Of a stretch of 64,000 nt of DNA, positions 62,444 through 64,000 are shown piece by piece (position 1 is the stretch's first letter; each line of letters begins with the position of its first letter). This stretch comes from Nitrospirota bacterium (lineage in GTDB: Bacteria > Nitrospirota > UBA9217). Where the stretch lies: assembly GCA_963818475.1 (NCBI GenBank), contig CAWFSF010000006.1, positions 1,312,001 through 1,376,000 of the forward strand. Direction: 5' to 3'. Made by a program: the position numbers and the translations under genes. The notes under the pieces were generated by a model. It ran no database searches. It saw only the letters and a list, made by a program, of their open reading frames with translations, and had not been told where the DNA came from.

Positions 62444-64000
62444 TTACGACTGTTCCAGGACCTCCAGATAAAAGTCCGTGGTCTTTACGAGAGCGCCTGC
62501 CGTCCCGGTAACCGTTATTCCATACACGCCGGCCGGGGTAGCGACTGACGTAGTAATCGTGAGACTTGTTGTGCACGCCGGGGAGCACGAGTCAAGCGAG
62601 AATAACGATGTAGCTCCGTCCGGAAGCCCCGAGATCAAAAAGGTAACGGCCTGCGTGTCTCCGGAAACCAGCACGGCGCTGATCGTACTGTCACGGGGAC
62701 TTCCCTTTACAACGGATTTATCTCCATCGTTGGAAAGCGAGAAATCGAATTGCGGCGGAACTGTCTTTGTGAATGTAGCAACTGCTATGCTGCTCGGCTG
62801 GTAGCCTCCTAAAAATGCTCTGGTCTTCACTGTCGTCGTATCCGTGAGAACGATCGGAGACCCATACAGTGCCGAACTTTCCGTCGGATCGGAACCGTCG
62901 AGCGTATAGTAGATCGATGACCCGGCTGTGGAACCGGAGATCGAAACAGTAGCAGAATCAATAAATGTTCCGCCCGCAGGGTCTATAACCGGCGCGTCAA
63001 GCAGCGGAGGAGGTATTTTTGTAAACAGGACCGTCACGATACCGCTCGGCAGATACCCTGACAGAAATGCCCCGGCCTTTACCGTCACCGTATCCGTAAG
63101 AACGATCGGCGACTCATACAGTGCCGAGCTTTCCGTCGGATCGGAACCGTCAAGCGTATAGCGGATTGCAGCCCCGGCTGTGGCCACAGAAATCGAAACA
63201 GGAACAGAATCAATGAATGTGCCGCCGGCAGGGTCTATAACCGGCGCGTCAAGCTGCGGAGGAACGGTTTTGGTAAACGTGGCGTTTGTTATGTTGCTCG
63301 GCAGATACCCTGCCAGAAATGCACTGGCCTTAACCGTCGCCGTTTCGGTAAGAACGAACGGGGATTCATAAAGATAAGAACTTTCTATCGGATCAGAACC
63401 GTCGAGCGTATAGCGGATTGCGGCTCCTTCTGTCGGCACGGAGATCGAAACTGCGACGGCATCCGTGAACGGCCCGCCGTCCGGGTTTATTGCAGGCATC
63501 CCCAGCGGCACTGCTTTGGTGAAGGTAAAGGCTGCTGAAGCGCTCGGCAGATAGCCTCCTAAAAATGCTCTCGCCTTTACCGTCGTTGTCCCCGTCAGCA
63601 CAATTGGGGAGACATAGGGCTTGGAGGTTTGTGTAGGTTCCGACCCGTCAAGCGTGTAGTAGATTGACGACCCGATTATGTTCGCGGAGAGCGAAACGGT
63701 GACTGAATCCGTGAACGTGCCGCCCTCGGGCGATATAAACGGCGCATCGAGGCTGGTTGTGGGCGCGGCATACAGAAGTTCCCTGAGCTCCCAGCCTGGG
63801 TCTGAACCCAGGTTCGCGTAGCTTGCCATGCCGCAGAAAAGTGTGTTGCCGTCCGCCGATGCCTCCATGGTACGGATACCGTAGTTCCGGTAATCACCCA
63901 ACCCGGAGCCGTCTTCCCGTACAGCCGGCAGATTCGAAGAGTCAAAGCGCCACAGGTCAGTGCCGGTAAGATCGAGAGTCCCGATAAAAAGCCTTCCATT
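62444..64000 (-). CDS. Surface protein with four Fn3-associated/CHB_HEX_C repeats, 5' part outside window
   Basis: Four P.GG.F.D.V.VS..I.YTLDGS.P..TVK..AF repeats and a C-terminal Ig-like domain. Confidence 0.85.
   Translation of the reverse strand, partial: NGRLFIGTLDLTGTDLWRFDSSNLPAVREDGSGLGDYRNYGIRTMEASADGNTLFCGMASYANLGSDPGWELRELLYAAPTTSLDAPFISPEGGTFTDSVTVSLSANIIGSSIYYTLDGSEPTQTSKPYVSPIVLTGTTTVKARAFLGGYLPSASAAFTFTKAVPLGMPAINPDGGPFTDAVAVSISVPTEGAAIRYTLDGSDPIESSYLYESPFVLTETATVKASAFLAGYLPSNITNATFTKTVPPQLDAPVIDPAGGTFIDSVPVSISVATAGAAIRYTLDGSDPTESSALYESPIVLTDTVTVKAGAFLSGYLPSGIVTVLFTKIPPPLLDAPVIDPAGGTFIDSATVSISGSTAGSSIYYTLDGSDPTESSALYGSPIVLTDTTTVKTRAFLGGYQPSSIAVATFTKTVPPQFDFSLSNDGDKSVVKGSPRDSTISAVLVSGDTQAVTFLISGLPDGATSLFSLDSCSPACTTSLTITTSVATPAGVYGITVTGTAGALVKTTDFYLEVLEQS

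Overview
Bacterial chromosomal DNA, GC-rich except for an AT-rich stretch at ~34-41.4 kb. Gene content (TIGR04442-like protein, group 3b hydrogenase, DsrC-like protein, LptFG) suggests a Gram-negative anaerobe or microaerophile, possibly Nitrospirota or Desulfobacterota (inference). Many genes, including ihfA, lptF and lptG, are split by single-base indels, which I read as unpolished long-read errors. Layout: (1) 1-2.6 kb, type I hsdR behind a G-tract tandem repeat and tRNA-Pro(GGG). (2) 2.6-11 kb, core genes (merR-family, ihfA, TIGR04442-like, lptFG, coaE, GNAT, Crp/Fnr). (3) 11-24 kb, a lipid/polyketide cluster (methyltransferase, U32 Fe-S protein, ACP, FabF, B12 radical SAM, type III PKS, DUF2147) flanked by an ABC exporter and a LolA-like/beta-barrel pair. 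(4) 24-33 kb, an HD-GYP/HEAT pair and a four-gene group 3b [NiFe]-hydrogenase. (5) 33.5-42.9 kb, tRNA-Ala(GGC) with nested islands: integrase remnant, BamHI-like C-R-M system, AIPR, HEPN-like and nuclease-like genes bracketed by two short repeats, HigBA-like TA, and a repeated tRNA-tail module. (6) 43-49 kb, accessory genes and a ~300-nt highly structured non-coding segment with its own terminator. (7) 49-64 kb, secreted hydrolases and propellers in four duplicated families, plus a sulfotransferase and cysC. Best novelty candidates: the ncRNA at 45.9-46.3 kb, the PKS/U32/radical-SAM cluster, the repeat-bracketed defence cassettes and the tRNA-tail module. All product calls come from recognised motifs, not database searches.
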